Source: Lepidodermella squamata (lineage: Eukaryota > Animalia > Gastrotricha). From it: DNA of 64,000 nt. The stretch is taken from contig JBLDXI010000029.1 in assembly GCA_047495785.1 (NCBI GenBank), positions 3,038,001 to 3,102,000 on the forward strand, written 5' to 3'. The position numbers were made by a program, and so were the translations under genes. The notes below the pieces were generated by a model. That model was not told where the DNA came from. It saw only the letters and a program-made list of their open reading frames with translations, and made no database searches. Every line of letters begins with the position of its first letter. Within the stretch, counting starts at the first letter, position 1. Shown in pieces: positions 1 to 15,105 of the stretch.

Positions 1-659
1 TAAACTGTCACGTTATTCCCGTCATTTGGGCCATTTCCTTCATTCGATCTGCCCTTCCGGTCTGCATAACCGATGGCATCGGGACAATGCTCAAATTCTT
101 TATTAACACTAGGAAGCTAGTTCCAACAATTTCTGACGAGAAAACATCGTCATTCAAGTCGCATTTTTTGTGCCACAAGCTACCTCTACCAGCAGCTGAT
201 GCCTTCCTATTGTGACTGAAATCACAAGCCAGTCTCCCAGGTTCCCCAGGTTGACAAATTTACCTTCTCGCGTCTTTTCTGGCAAAATATTCTAGTGCCC
301 CGCTGATAGCTTTCAAGTCATCGGACAATTGTGTGCACTATTTTGTGTGGCACTACCTGTGATTTAAACCACAACTAGACTAACCCGTTAATTTATTTAG
401 AATTCATTCGATCATGATCCAATCACGACTCTGTTTCGGTCTTCACGCGGCTTGGAAGATATCTCGACCAAGTCGATATGAACGCGATACTAAATCCCTT
501 TGGCTGTGATAGGTTGACCTCTGGGAAAGCTTTGGGATCGGTCGCTATGCTTCGCTGAACGGAAGCAATTGGGCATTTCGAATTGAGAAAATTATGAAAT
601 TATGAACATCAGGCTTGAAATAAAAGCTTAGTCGGGCGAGGCGTGTGTCTTGGCGCGTA

Positions 660-754
660 CCGTAAATTCCGAAATACAAGCCCAGGCGGCGCTCTTTGTC
701 GGCACTTTGATGTTCTTTGTAGTGTCGCCTGGGCTTGTATTTGAATATTTACGG
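660..754. mobile_element. ~95-bp MITE, Tc1/mariner/pogo-type
   Basis: Inverted repeats ccgtaaattccgaaatacaagcccaggcg (660-688) and cgcctgggcttgtatttgaatatttacgg (726-754), with TA on both sides (658-659, 755-756). Confidence 0.75.
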
Positions 755-894
755 TATCTGTCTTCGATCTAGCGGGATTGCTCATTACGCTAGATTTTTA
801 ACATGGGGCAAAAAATCTGGGTTTAGGAGCAAATTGGTCTAAAAATGGTCTAAAATCTAGGTTTTAATCCAATATACAATTTGCTCTTTGTACG

Positions 895-1248
895 TCATAT
901 CTTTATCTTATCGGAAAAAACACTACTTACTGAGGGTGCAGGACAGGGACTGGCTATTGGCTGGCAAGATTTCGATGGATCCGAGCACAGGTTAGTGGTT
1001 GGTACGCATATTTGACTGCTTGGGCAAGTAAGAGGGGCTATTGGCTGGCAAGATTTCGATGGATCTGTGCACAGGTTATTTGCTGGCACGCACACCTGAC
1101 TGCTTGGGCAACCATTATATGAAGGCGGACTGGTAAATGGTACGAAGCTTGATGGAGGCGATGGCGAAGTGCAAGCTTGGCTAGTTGTCAATAAAATTGA
1201 TAAAATTGCAGTTATCAGCATTAGATGATTCCAATTGCAAGGCAACAT
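895..1248 (-). CDS. Secreted cysteine-rich repeat protein (first exon or whole gene)
   Basis: ATG at 1248 gives MLPCNWNHLMLITAILSILLTTSQA (signal peptide-like), a Pro/Ser linker and two 28-aa (84-nt) repeats CPSSQ[VI]CVPxxNLCxDPSKSCQPIA. A gtaagt donor at 930 suggests more exons downstream that I could not place. Confidence 0.7.
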   Translation of the reverse strand: MLPCNWNHLMLITAILSILLTTSQACTSPSPPSSFVPFTSPPSYNGCPSSQVCVPANNLCTDPSKSCQPIAPLTCPSSQICVPTTNLCSDPSKSCQPIASPCPAPSVSSVFSDKIKI

Positions 1249-1740
1249 ATTCGTTGAGACTATATAAGAGTAGTGGATACTGCAGTGAGTGTAAATAGAT
1301 GCGCTTTGCTGTTTTTGTTTAAACTGCCACAAGCGTCTTCAAAACATGCTAAGCTTCTCACGTTAACTAGCCAACGATGAAGCAGTATAAGTGCTTGTTT
1401 GAAACCGGATGTTATCCATCAAGTCAGGGCCGGATTAACGCATGGGCACAGCGGCATTTTACTAATAATTTCAGAACGATTATTGGGCCTTCCTTCGGTC
1501 GCATAATTATGTTGAAATGTAACTACGAGGTAGTGTTTTGTTTGCAAGAACTTTCGAGGAACAAGTTTTATATGGTTTTTTTTACCTGGTCGTATTTATT
1601 CGGCATCAATTTGCGCTACGGATTTAATTAGAAACTTGGAATATCTGTGATTGAATATTAAATTTTCTGAGGTTGTTCTTTTACGTTAAAATTGTTGGTG
1701 ATCATCTGTGCTATTCAGCGACGCATTACTTACTGATTAT

Positions 1741-3405
1741 ATGGCTGAAAACGGCAGACCGCCCTCCGGTCGCCGCCGGGGGCGTTCAGCAGAAGTCAAA
1801 ACCGGACCCACCGTCGTCTGCCACTGACGGCGCGAAGCTGCCGAAGAAACTCAATGTGAAGCAGGGCCTCTCGGCCGCTGCCATCGCCGAGGTCCAAGCA
1901 CTCATCCTACAGCACCGCAGTGCCGATGCCTCCCCCTCGTCCTCCGTCGACCGCATGGATGCCGACGCCGATTTTCCTGTGCTCCGGGCGTCGTCGTCCT
2001 CTCCGCCGGTCGCCAACCAGCCGCCAGCTCTGTCCCCTCGTGGTGCTCCCGTCGGCCTGGCTCGTCACGCACCGGCCCCGTCTAACCCTGTTAGCAAACG
2101 TGTGGTTATCATTGATAATGTCTTTGGCATGTCTCGAAGTGAGCTCGAGCCCCAACTAGCTAGAGCTGCGCCCTGGCTCGAGTATCAAGCGGCGGTCTAC
2201 ATGCGGAGTGGTGGCCTTCGGGTCATCTGCTCCACGCCGGCTGCAGCGGATCGCCTCCTGAAGAGAGACCTTGTCGCCGGTGCCTTCAGAGGGTCTAACT
2301 ACCGTGTTCATCGCCCCGGTGAGCCAGATTCGACTCGTCCCTTGCCTCCTGCAGTTGAGAAAGAACACCGTACCGTGCTGACCTCGCGTCTATCGGCCTG
2401 CTACTCTGTTGACGATCTGCGGGCCCACCTCTCGCCTGACTATGTCGAGGAAATTCGTGATTTGCCAGCAAAGAATCCCCAGCGTCCCCCCCCACCCGGG
2501 TCATCGTATTCGCGAATAAAGACGGCTACGAAGATGCACGCGATAATGGCCTCAAGTGGTTGAACCGGCGCGTCAAAATTCGGCCTCTTCGCCCAACCGG
2601 TAAGTGCAACCGGTATGGGCATGTTACCATCGACTGCCCGCCCGGTACCCCGGTAAAGTGTGGCCGTTGCGCTCAGAAACACCCTTCTGAGAAGTGTGAA
2701 GCAACCCTCAAGGAAGCTCATTGCTGCAACTGTCCCGATGGCGGGGCTCCGAAGCATTTCAGCACTTGGCGCGGCGGCCCCGCATTCAAGGCCGCCCAGT
2801 CGGCTGAGATCGAATCCCGACGTGCTCACGCTGCTGCCAAGCTCGAAAAGCCTGCCGCGGCTGCCAGCATTCGGCATGGTGGTGGTAGGTCGTCCCGCGT
2901 CACCCCGGGTCGCAGCTTTGCTCACACCGCTGCACCGCCGCCGCCACCATCTACGCCTCCCTCTGGTCCAGTGGTCACCTCCGGCGCCGAGTCGTCTTCG
3001 TTTGCACAGCTCAGTGCCGCTGTTGCGGGCATCTCTTCTCTGCTCAAGAATATCCAGCTTTCTGACGCCCTGTCTGACGCCTGGCGCTAACCAGGTCGCT
3101 AACCAGAAGAATCGTTGGCTCACCTGACCAATGTCCAATGAAGTCTACGACCTCCACAGTGGCGGCAACGACCAGCGGATGGATGACACCGGCTCGTACC
3201 GCTATGACGACAACTCAACTCATTCCCGTCTCTATGCTGCAGTGGAACCCTCGGGTGCCAATGGCAAGCCTGTCGAAATAACGTATTTATCTGACTTAAT
3301 TGATGCCTTGTTTGTGTTTTTAAGTGAAACTTTTCGTGCTGTGCCTGCGCCTTTTTTCTTACCTTCCTACATTTTCGTTAGGCATCATTCATCTGGAAAA
3401 AAGGA
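1741..3405 (+). mobile_element. Decayed non-LTR retrotransposon 5' half (I/Jockey/R1-like): gag-like ORF1 plus start of the APE endonuclease
   Basis: GC-rich island. ORF1 frameshifts at the C-run near 2490 and then has three zinc-knuckle-like motifs (KCNRYGHVTIDC, CGRCAQKHPSEKC, CCNC...H). At 3230-3340, MLQWNPR/GANGKPVEITYLSDLIDALFVFLSETF (one frameshift) matches the QWN...lsET start of LINE APE domains. Truncated at about 3400. Confidence 0.8.
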
Positions 3406-3479
3406 CAAAATAAAAAGCTTTCGTTTTCGTTGGATAGCTTTATAAAAATATAAGTAATACATAAGACAGAATAAAAGCT

Positions 3480-3742
3480 AATTTTTATTCAATTTCAATT
3501 TGCCGGCATTATTGGAATAACAATGCTGATAAACAGGTTCACGACATTCCTGCGCTGATTCTGCTTGATGTGCTGCCGTCGGAAGCTGGTTCCACCAATC
3601 AGGCCCGCGGTAGCCTAAACTGAGTGCACCGCGCTCTTTGCGTTCTGTTGGCTTGATCATTGGCTCAAAATGACGAAAGCCGTTCGCGTTGGAACAGTGT
3701 TTGCAACATTGTTGGTGCTTGTTGATGTAGACAGTTCCAGAT
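3480..3742 (-). mobile_element. 3'-terminal fragment of a LINE ORF2
   Basis: Translates as ...RGALSLGYRGPDWWNQLPTAAHQAES..., resembling the WNxLP C-terminal tail of CR1/L2-type ORF2. It begins exactly where homology to the intact paralog gene ends (3743). Confidence 0.55.
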
Positions 3743-4079
3743 AGCTTGACAGTCTTACTGAAGATTGAACCAAAAGTCGCACATGTACACAATTGAAAGG
3801 TTTGCTGTTGCAAAAGGAGCATTTTAATGTTCGGCTAGTTATATAGGCACAAGAGTTTACCGCTTTAGAGCACGCCTGAGTGCCTTGGCATTGAGTTCCG
3901 GTCTTGTCGACGCAGTTTTTCGACGATGTATCACAGTTGTTCGACGAAGCATAACACGCTTGGCCGGAAGGGCAAGCGGCCGAACCGGTCGGACATGACG
4001 TCGAAGAGGCTGGGCTAGCTGCAATGGCACTGCAGGCAGCGGTGAGAACAGCAGTCACAGCCAGTAATACATCAGTAAT
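3743..4079 (-). pseudogene. Disabled paralog of the Cys-rich secreted gene at 4930-5845
   Basis: Exon 1 (...CPSGQACYASSNNCDTSSKNCVDKTGTQCQGTQAC), a short intron and the start of exon 2 (QTFQLC...KTVKL) align with the paralog. There is no in-frame ATG (ATT near the equivalent position), and exon 2 breaks off into LINE-like sequence. Confidence 0.65.
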
Positions 4080-4929
4080 AGGTCTTTGTCGCGAGCTTTG
4101 AGAAATGGAATTGCCTGGAATTTCGGCCGAATTTATAACCTTGAATCCGCATCATGGTGGAATGCTATTTAATACTTTCGCACCCGGTCAACTTTGCTAG
4201 CTAGCAAACTTTGCGTCTTCGCCAGCTAGCTCGGCCTTATTAGTGACATAACAACGCAACGCAGATATGCTCAGATAATAGAAGGTGATGACTAGTATAA
4301 GTATACTGCTTGCCCAGTAGTTTCAGCCAATTTGTCTTGGCATACAAAGTTTTACGGAAGATTTTGGCATTCTCACCAAATCACATGCCACTTTCTGCAA
4401 AAATAGGGGTAGCTGTGATCTTGTAAATGGGACACTATCATCAGTTCCGATGCAAGCCAGAGAAGGTGCTACAGTTTCTGTGATGCCTGGAAGGACTTAG
4501 TAGCGAATGTGTGTAGCGTTCGGCTGCGGCTGCGCATCAGTCTGAGATACACATTTCTGGGCAACCCTGAGGTTTTCCGCGTTTTAAGGCGGATGGGAGC
4601 ATCCAAGAGGTCTGAAATTCGAAAATTTGAAATCATCAAGAAAAACTGAGTAAGAGCATCACTGAATCCAAGAATCGTCCATCTTCAAGTGAACACACTT
4701 TTGCGATTTGCTGGAAAATATAGAAAATTCGCCAAACCCCACTTTTCATTTGTTGACGGTCATTTTATTTTGTGTAACAATTAATACTCGGATTTTTTTC
4801 TACCTATTCATTCATCATCATTTCATCATTTTGTCAGCACAAATTATCAGCGACAAGTTAAGTATACTGTAGCATGGGAATGTTTCGCTTGCCAAACCCT
4901 CTTCGATCAAATGTGAGATCAAAGGTTCT

Positions 4930-5845
4930 TTACGGCGTGGTGGATGAGCATCGATCCAACGAGAGGCCATACGCCGATGTTATCTGATAGTACACAAGAT
5001 TGGGGGCGTTACCAGCGCCAGTTCCAGCTACTAGAGCGAGACAGCAGGCTGAGTACGAGGTGAAGGCTTTTAATGAAGGGCTCGGCTTCTGAGATGGCAA
5101 TGGTTGATTTGCAATTAATAAAAAACGTAAAAAGAAGAAGGTTACTTACGACTCCTGTCCCTGCTTCAACATCACCGACAGCATTGGAAGTGTGCGGGAA
5201 GCGAACGCAGTTGCCAACCTTAACAACGGTGTCAGTTGCAGTAACCTTGTATGGGATACTATCATCAGTTGAGATGCAGGCAAGTGCCGGAGCTACAGAT
5301 GCCGTGAGGCCTGGGAGAACGTCGTAGCGAATGTTGCCGGTCAGTCCCGCACCAGTTGGGGTTGCAGCGGCGCAGCAGTCTGCGAACGAGTTAAACGAGT
5401 TCGGGGCAGCAGCTTGCTGAGAATACAACTGATTTATTACTCGATCTCATCGATACTCTATCTTACCGTGAATGTGTTAGGGCCGAAAGCAGCGGTGCAA
5501 GCCAGGCCGTTAGAAATGCACAGCTTGACAGTCTTAGAGACTGCTGTTCCAAAGGTCGAGCCAGTGCATAATTGGAAGGTTTGCTGTAGCAAAATGAAAA
5601 ATTTTGAGTTCCGAGGAATCATTATTTACAGACATTGGATTTACCGCTGGAGCGCACACCTGGCTGCCTTGGCATTGAGTTCCAGTCTTGTCGATGCAGT
5701 TCTTGGTTGATGTATCGCAGCTGTTCGACGTAGCAATACACGATTGGCCAGAAGGGCAAGAGCTCGAGCTAGTTGTTGAGGACGGGCAAGCGATAACGGC
5801 ACAGCAGGCGGCGGCAAGAACCGCCAGAGTCAATTCAAAAGCCAT
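4930..5845 (-). CDS. Secreted cysteine-rich protein, 4 exons
   Basis: ATG 5845, MAFELTLAVLAAACCAVIA signal peptide. Exons at about 5845-5645, 5584-5468, 5416-5150 and 5088-4930 are joined by three short phase-0 GT-AG introns into one open frame ending ...LDRCSSTTP* (TAA 4932-4930). It has a C-x5-C-x6-C-x6-C module and two F(N/T)S(F/Y)xxCC motifs. Confidence 0.8.
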
Positions 5846-5897
5846 TGTCAAAAATGTGAAGTCGAAAAATGGGCATGTTCTGAGAGAATTTTCGGCC

Positions 5898-5952
5898 CGT
5901 TTTATAGCGTCGTCGAATCATTTTTTAATAATTTCGCACCCGGTTAACTTTT
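5898..5952 (-). promoter_or_regulatory. TATA box plus upstream element conserved between paralogs
   Basis: TATAAAA on the minus strand about 55 nt upstream of ATG 5845. Plus-strand tttcgcacccggttaacttt (5932-5951) recurs as tttcgcacccggtcaacttt (4176-4195), upstream of the TATAAAT of the paralog. Confidence 0.55.
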
Positions 5953-7954
5953 TGTGCTTTTTGCTATAAAAAATGGCCAGGTAGGCCTAATTGGTATAAT
6001 AACTCGGGCAATAGATACGCTCATAGATAAGAAGAGTGCGATATACCAACTGCTTGGCTAGCTCGATTGCACACGAATTGGTGCGTTCAGCATATGATTG
6101 ACAGCAAAAACACTGTCGGCCGAGTCAATTATCCGACTTTAAAGATGACTTTATGCTCTAGGAGCCATAGGAGCCACGCTTAAAAAAAAAGAAAAATGAA
6201 CAAGATCAGTAATTTTACAGCGAAAAGCGAAAAGTGATGAAAAGATTACTGCAATCCTGTAGGGTGACTACAACCCCAGGCATATCTCCGCGCTGGGAAG
6301 TTGTATAAATTTAGTGAAAACCGATAAATGACCAGTGTCTCGTCGGCTTGGCGATGAGCTAGGGCCGTTTTTTGGGACTGTCACCAAACTGCTCTAAAGT
6401 GACATCAAAATCGATGTTACACGATGAAGTATCACCTATGCATTTCTCGGTAGATCTCATCACGCTGCTTCCTATGTGTTACCGTTCTCGAGATAACCGT
6501 CCAGGTAAGGTCACGTGACCGACTTGACTCTGGAATGTCTCCGTAACCGTAGGTGATAAAAATGAGGGGTTTTCGAATTCTTTCTCCCTAATTTTTTCTC
6601 TATCGAACCGACGCGAATACGTCAATAGGGGAAGAAAAATAAACGATTTTTCAAAAACAGTCTGGGCTGTAATGGGGAAAAAGAATGAAAAAGAAGGGTA
6701 GATATAGTCCCAGAGCCTAAAATCGGATTGAAGTTTGACCTTTATGTCTCCCATCTCGCACCGGTTCATTGTATAACGTATAACAGAACATCCTTTAGCG
6801 GAACCAACTTTGTCTTTTGCTTTTCTAAATTTGTGCTGATCAATCATAGCATCTTTAGAAGCTTCGAAAAGTGGTTTCCAAGCCCGTTGAAAATTCAAAA
6901 ATTTGGTTCCGCTAACAAAAGTTAGACCCATTGTCTAATGAGCTCGGAATATCGTGATGTTTTATTTTTAATATTATGTTATACCAACTAGCTATATACA
7001 AAAGCCACGTGCTAATGAATGGTGCTATTTAGCTCGAATAATTGGCTAGTTGGCAGATGGTTTTTTTTATATTGACGCCGCAATATATACGTTGTCTCAG
7101 CTCACGCAAGCGACTTGGCTATGCTATCTCGATCCTAACAAATTAAAGAAATAATAAATAAAATGTGCTTGTGATTGATGGCTTGGCTGACAGTATTTAT
7201 AAGCTCCGAGAATGGTACTTGTATCACTTGTTCGAAAATTGGCCAAGGTCGCCATATAATCCAGCTGATTTCAGCCAATTTATTTCTGTATTGAATTGCC
7301 TTATAGATTATGCTGCATGAATTTAATGGTGAGTTTTTTCTAATTATTGTGGCCAATCTTGAAATCATCAAGAAATTTCCGAGAAGTGATTTCAGGCCAC
7401 TAGAAAGTTCCAGAATCTGGCTCCGCTAAAGCAAATTAGGTTCCGCATGGTCTCTGCTCTCCGTAAATTTGGTTCCAATAAAAGGAGGACGCTTTCTTCA
7501 ATAGTTTCTCCTTTACTGTAATTTATCAAATACTATCCAAAACCTCAAATAATAATACCGAAAATTAACTTGAATATTGGTTCCCGCAAAGATGACAATA
7601 TATTTATAAGCTGACAACAAAAAAGTTGTGTTTGGTTAACGTTTGCAACGGCAAAAAAGTCGGTTTTTTTCGTTGAACATTGCACATTACATTGAAAAAA
7701 CGTAATCAAGCGCCATTTTTTGTAACGACACGTTAATAAAACGACATTTTTTGGCATGGGAAGCTTCGCAGGGTATAAATAATAGCCTGCCTGGAAGCCC
7801 CCTCGATTAACTGCCCAATTTATTTCACTATTTTTTTAGTTCGATAAAAATACTATACCAGGATACTATACAATAAGTTACGGTAATCTTAAATTAACTT
7901 TATGCTTCAATTTTACGCTCAATTCAAACAAGCCATAAGGCAGCTGGAAACGGT

Positions 7955-8235
7955 TTTTGTTCAGAATATTTTGCATTTAAAGCTGAACATGAATCATATT
8001 TCATCCAGAAAGCTAAGATGATGATAACCTTATCAAATTTGCTGGCAATCAAGAGAGAACTCCCCTTATTTTCATTAGGTTCGATCTAAGGTCCAGGACC
8101 TTTTAGGTTCCCGGAGCTTTCCAACCCTAATTGCATGTTTTAGCCAGCAAATTTGATTGAAGGCCAAGTTATCTTCTTAGCTTTCTAGATTCGATATGAT
8201 TCTTGCTCAGTTTTATACACAGAATTTTATGAACA
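7955..8235. repeat. Old imperfect inverted repeat (probable MITE)
   Basis: tgttcagaatatttt...atcatatt...agaaagctaaga...atcaaatttgctggc is mirrored by gccagcaaatttgat...tcttagctttcta...atatgattc...ttatgaaca. Confidence 0.6.
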
Positions 8236-10225
8236 GGAAATATAATCAAATATTACGTAACCGGAAAGTATTTTTTATATTAAAATTGTTGTTGGTGTTT
8301 TTTATTCAAATTCTTAAGGCCATCAAACATTCATCAAAGTGCGAAGGGAATGCGAATTTTCAAAAAAATTAATTTCTCATAGCAATGAAAATGTTAAGAC
8401 TGAAATCGAGGGTTCGCGATGCTTATTGTCATTGGGGGTTATTTTTAGTTGCGAATTTCTCGCGGTCATGTGCTTGGCACCCGGCGTATTTGTTTTTGAC
8501 GGTGTGGCTAGCGCCAAGAAAATATAAAACCAACCTCTCAAACTATTCACTAACACAACATGATGCGCATCCTAACCGCATAACATTTTTTATTATCATT
8601 TTTTTAATTACCGCAATTATTTTCAATTTTTTCGCACCTTGAGCAAAAATATCTCCGTTCTACCGCATAACGCTGGATACATTTGATCGGTGTAATTTTG
8701 GACACACTCTGGCTTTGCCAATTACAATCAACCATATAATTGAAAACTCACAATATTGCCCTTGCATATGCAAATGAGTGCGTCCAAAATTACCCGGAAT
8801 ATTGTCCAAATTGATGCATAACGTTTTTCCATAGCCAAAAATCAGGTAAAATTCGTAAAATCGCCAAAATTTACAGTAAAATTGGGAATAACCTTAAACA
8901 CTTTTTTACACAAAAATTAAATTAACAAATATTTTTTTAAATTATGAGTAATTAATTAAAACATGGTTTTGTCTTAAATCGCCCAATCCTAACATATACG
9001 GCACTGTTATTCTTTTCGAATTGAGTTTTTTCTGCACTTAATTTTTACATCGGAGCAAGGTATAGAGACATTTCATGCGACCGTTCGGCCTATCGAAAAA
9101 ATTCAATGAGAGCGTTTCGACTATTTAATGCATGGACATAAAAAGTAGTCGGAATTTTAGCATTTTTTCTTAATAGTAATAAAATAACCCATCTTCTGCA
9201 GGGTCTGCCACCTTTCTGATATTCACGGCTCGAATTAATCAAAGATATTTTTCACCCAGCTGAAACAGTTCAATAATATGATACGCAAGCATTCAATAAA
9301 ACACGTGTTACAATAAAATAGAGTGTAAAAAAGTGTCAACCCAGAGCTATCAGACGGCTTGTATAATTTAATAAGGCCAATTTCCTACATTTTTTATTTG
9401 ACTTCCTTATAAAATCCACTTTTTCATCCACCCATCCGCAGTGGTGTTAGTTGTTTCTACTTAATTTTATATTGATACATTTCCTTCGCAAACATTCAAA
9501 GTAAATTCTCATCGGTTCGATAAAGTAAATTTTCAGAGCCGGAATTTCGCTTGCTTTTGCATATTATTTGACAAAATTCTTCAACGCAGTACCACGCAAA
9601 AAATAATATTGGGTTCCGCAAGTTCCTATTTTAAAAAAATTAAGCTGGATTTTTTCGGTATCTTTTATGCGCGCAAAATGTCGCATAAATTCACGCAATA
9701 AATTTGAGCGCATAATTTGCGTGAGAATTTATATTATTATTATTATATTATATCACCTGGGTCATTTCTTGCGCGTCGTCATCATTATTCTGGCACATTG
9801 CATAATTAACGTACAAGGCATAAGCAAATGCGGGCTTTATATGAGTTTCGTGAAATAATGCCTTAATAAAACTTGCTATCGCACTAAAAGTCACGTTTAA
9901 TACATATTAAAGCTAAAATTTTATATTTTTATATAAATATTTCCGCAGGGTTGAAAAAAAGCATTATTACGTTAATTTTTCCCATTTATTTACACAGCAG
10001 TCTACTTTTTTTTTAATTATTATCTGATCTATCTTTCTGCCTCAAGGGTCCGCTTTGTTTTTTTCAACTTGCACCGAGTCTGAAAATACATTAGAGTCCT
10101 ATTAGAAAAATTTGTGATAGTCTTTGAAGCCTTAGGCATAATCTTAAAATAAGAGCACGCGCTGCAGTGGAAATAACAAAATTTACCCTCGAATTTTTAG
10201 TCACAAAAAATTATTTTATTCTAAA

Positions 10226-13335
<3,110 letters not shown>

Positions 13336-13663
13336 TTGTCCTTACTATTTCGATTCAACATTCGATTCAAACCTTCTCTTCATTTATGCGAATTATATTA
13401 TTTGTGCAATTATCAATATTCGTGAATTCGGTCTCAATATGGCGCTTCTTTGATTAACGTAAAAAAATCATCCCGATAAAATTATATATATTTTTTTCTT
13501 GAACGGTGCTCGTGACCTATATAATATTTAAATATGACATAATTATACGCAATAAAAAGTTTTATCCAAGATTTATTCAGAATTTTTGTCCAAGCAAAAA
13601 AAACAAATATATCCAATTATTTTTTTACAAATTCCATATATTTTCTAAATTTATATAAATGAT

Positions 13664-15105
13664 TCATCTTCTAGTGCACATTTTTATGCCGATTTGCTTC
13701 GGATAAGTTTCGATGACGCGTTTTAGGATGCGCTTCCACAAATTGATCGTCTCATTGCGCGTCCACAGGTAAAACGTTGTCGTTCGGTGGCAAATGTGCG
13801 GCGATTTAAATTGAGCCAAACACTCGGTCATAAATTCTTTCCGCGCTTTGGCGACTACTATTTGCAGGTATAATTTAGGCGAAACGCACCGCGGTTCGCG
13901 CTGATGAGGCGACGAATCCAAGGTTCGAGGCGAACGCGTGGCCGGCACAGCGTCGTCCTCATTATTGTCCTCGACTGAATTTTCAGCACCTGTCAGAAGA
14001 AAAAATGCGACAACTTAAAATCGAGGTAAAATTGGAAAATTTCAGAAAATTAAAATTTTCGAAATATGAACTAAAAAATTGAAATTTTTGAAATTTTTGA
14101 AACCTCGATAAATTTACAGAACTAAAGTTGAGGTTCCAAATTCACTCTGTCGCTTCATTTTTCCGATAATTTTCGATAGGATCTGCCATATAAATCCAAA
14201 ATATATTAAGTTTTCAATACTAAATTTGAAGCTATACTGCGTAAAGTATGGCTTCTTAATATTCCTCCTTAATATTTTTTTTCAAATTTTCAAATTTTTC
14301 AAATTTATGACCTACCTATAAATCCCACTATTACACACATTTTTCGATATTAGTGGTCAATTTACGAGTTAAATTTCAGCCTGGAGAGCTGATATCGATT
14401 TCAGTTATCGATTTCACAAATCAGTGATTTTCCCGATAATAGCAAACTTGGAGGGTAATATTGAATATTTTTCTACCTAGCTGATGATTCCAGGTAGCGG
14501 AAATTAAAATTCCCAGGGTCATGGGGCAATCAGTATCGATTAGGAAAATTTCAAGTCCAAATCGTAGAAATTTATTTCAGCACTGGAACCTTAAGGTGGG
14601 TCAAATTTCAATTCATATCGGCTCGATCGGAATTTTCCATTGATTTTTCTTTCCGAAAAGGTCACGCACCAAGTTGGGGGTGGGGTTAAATAATTAATTC
14701 CCCCACAAACTTGTGTCAGTTTGTTAATTTAAAATTCACCTGGCAAAGGATTCAACCCACACTGAATGAATAATCTGCACTGAATTTTTTAAAAATTTCG
14801 GAAAAATGTAAACAAAAATTGGAAAAATAAATTAAAATAAAGGAAAAAAAAATCAAAATTTCCAGATAATTTACAGTGAATAAATGTTATATACCAGGCG
14901 AATTTCTATTGAGCATCATTGCGTGAGCAGGTAAAGGGTCGCGGAATATCAACGAGCGCCTACCCTTCAGGCTGTTAGTGCCGCCGTCGATGAACTGGTG
15001 AAGCGACGATAGGGACGCGAAATCGCCACCACCATTGTTGCCGGCCAACACATGATGACCGCCCATACCAATCAAGCAAATGATGACCAGCCCGCTGATT
15101 ACCAT
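13664..15105 (-). CDS. Secreted protein, C-x9-C / FYLW family member 1 (2 exons)
   Basis: ATG 15105, MVISGLVIICLIGMGGHHVLA signal peptide. Exon 15105-14895 joins exon 13989-13664 through a phase-1 intron. C-terminal domain CVSPKLY...EFMTECLAQFKSPHICHRTTTFYLW...LW...C. Confidence 0.75.
14340..14570. repeat. Dispersed repeat family (other copies near 23000-23200, 25080-25160, 30680-30900)
   Basis: Shared core ggtca[ag]tttacgag...agagc[tc]gatatcgatt...tatcgattt.acaaatcagtgatttt.ccgata. Confidence 0.6.

Noticed and set aside
1-360. Possible minus-strand exons with splice-like sites, perhaps downstream exons of the 895-1248 gene
   Set aside because: I could not build a stop-free spliced frame with recognisable similarity.
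6479-6931. 150-aa ORF
   Set aside because: No motif, composition typical of AT-rich repeat-derived DNA.
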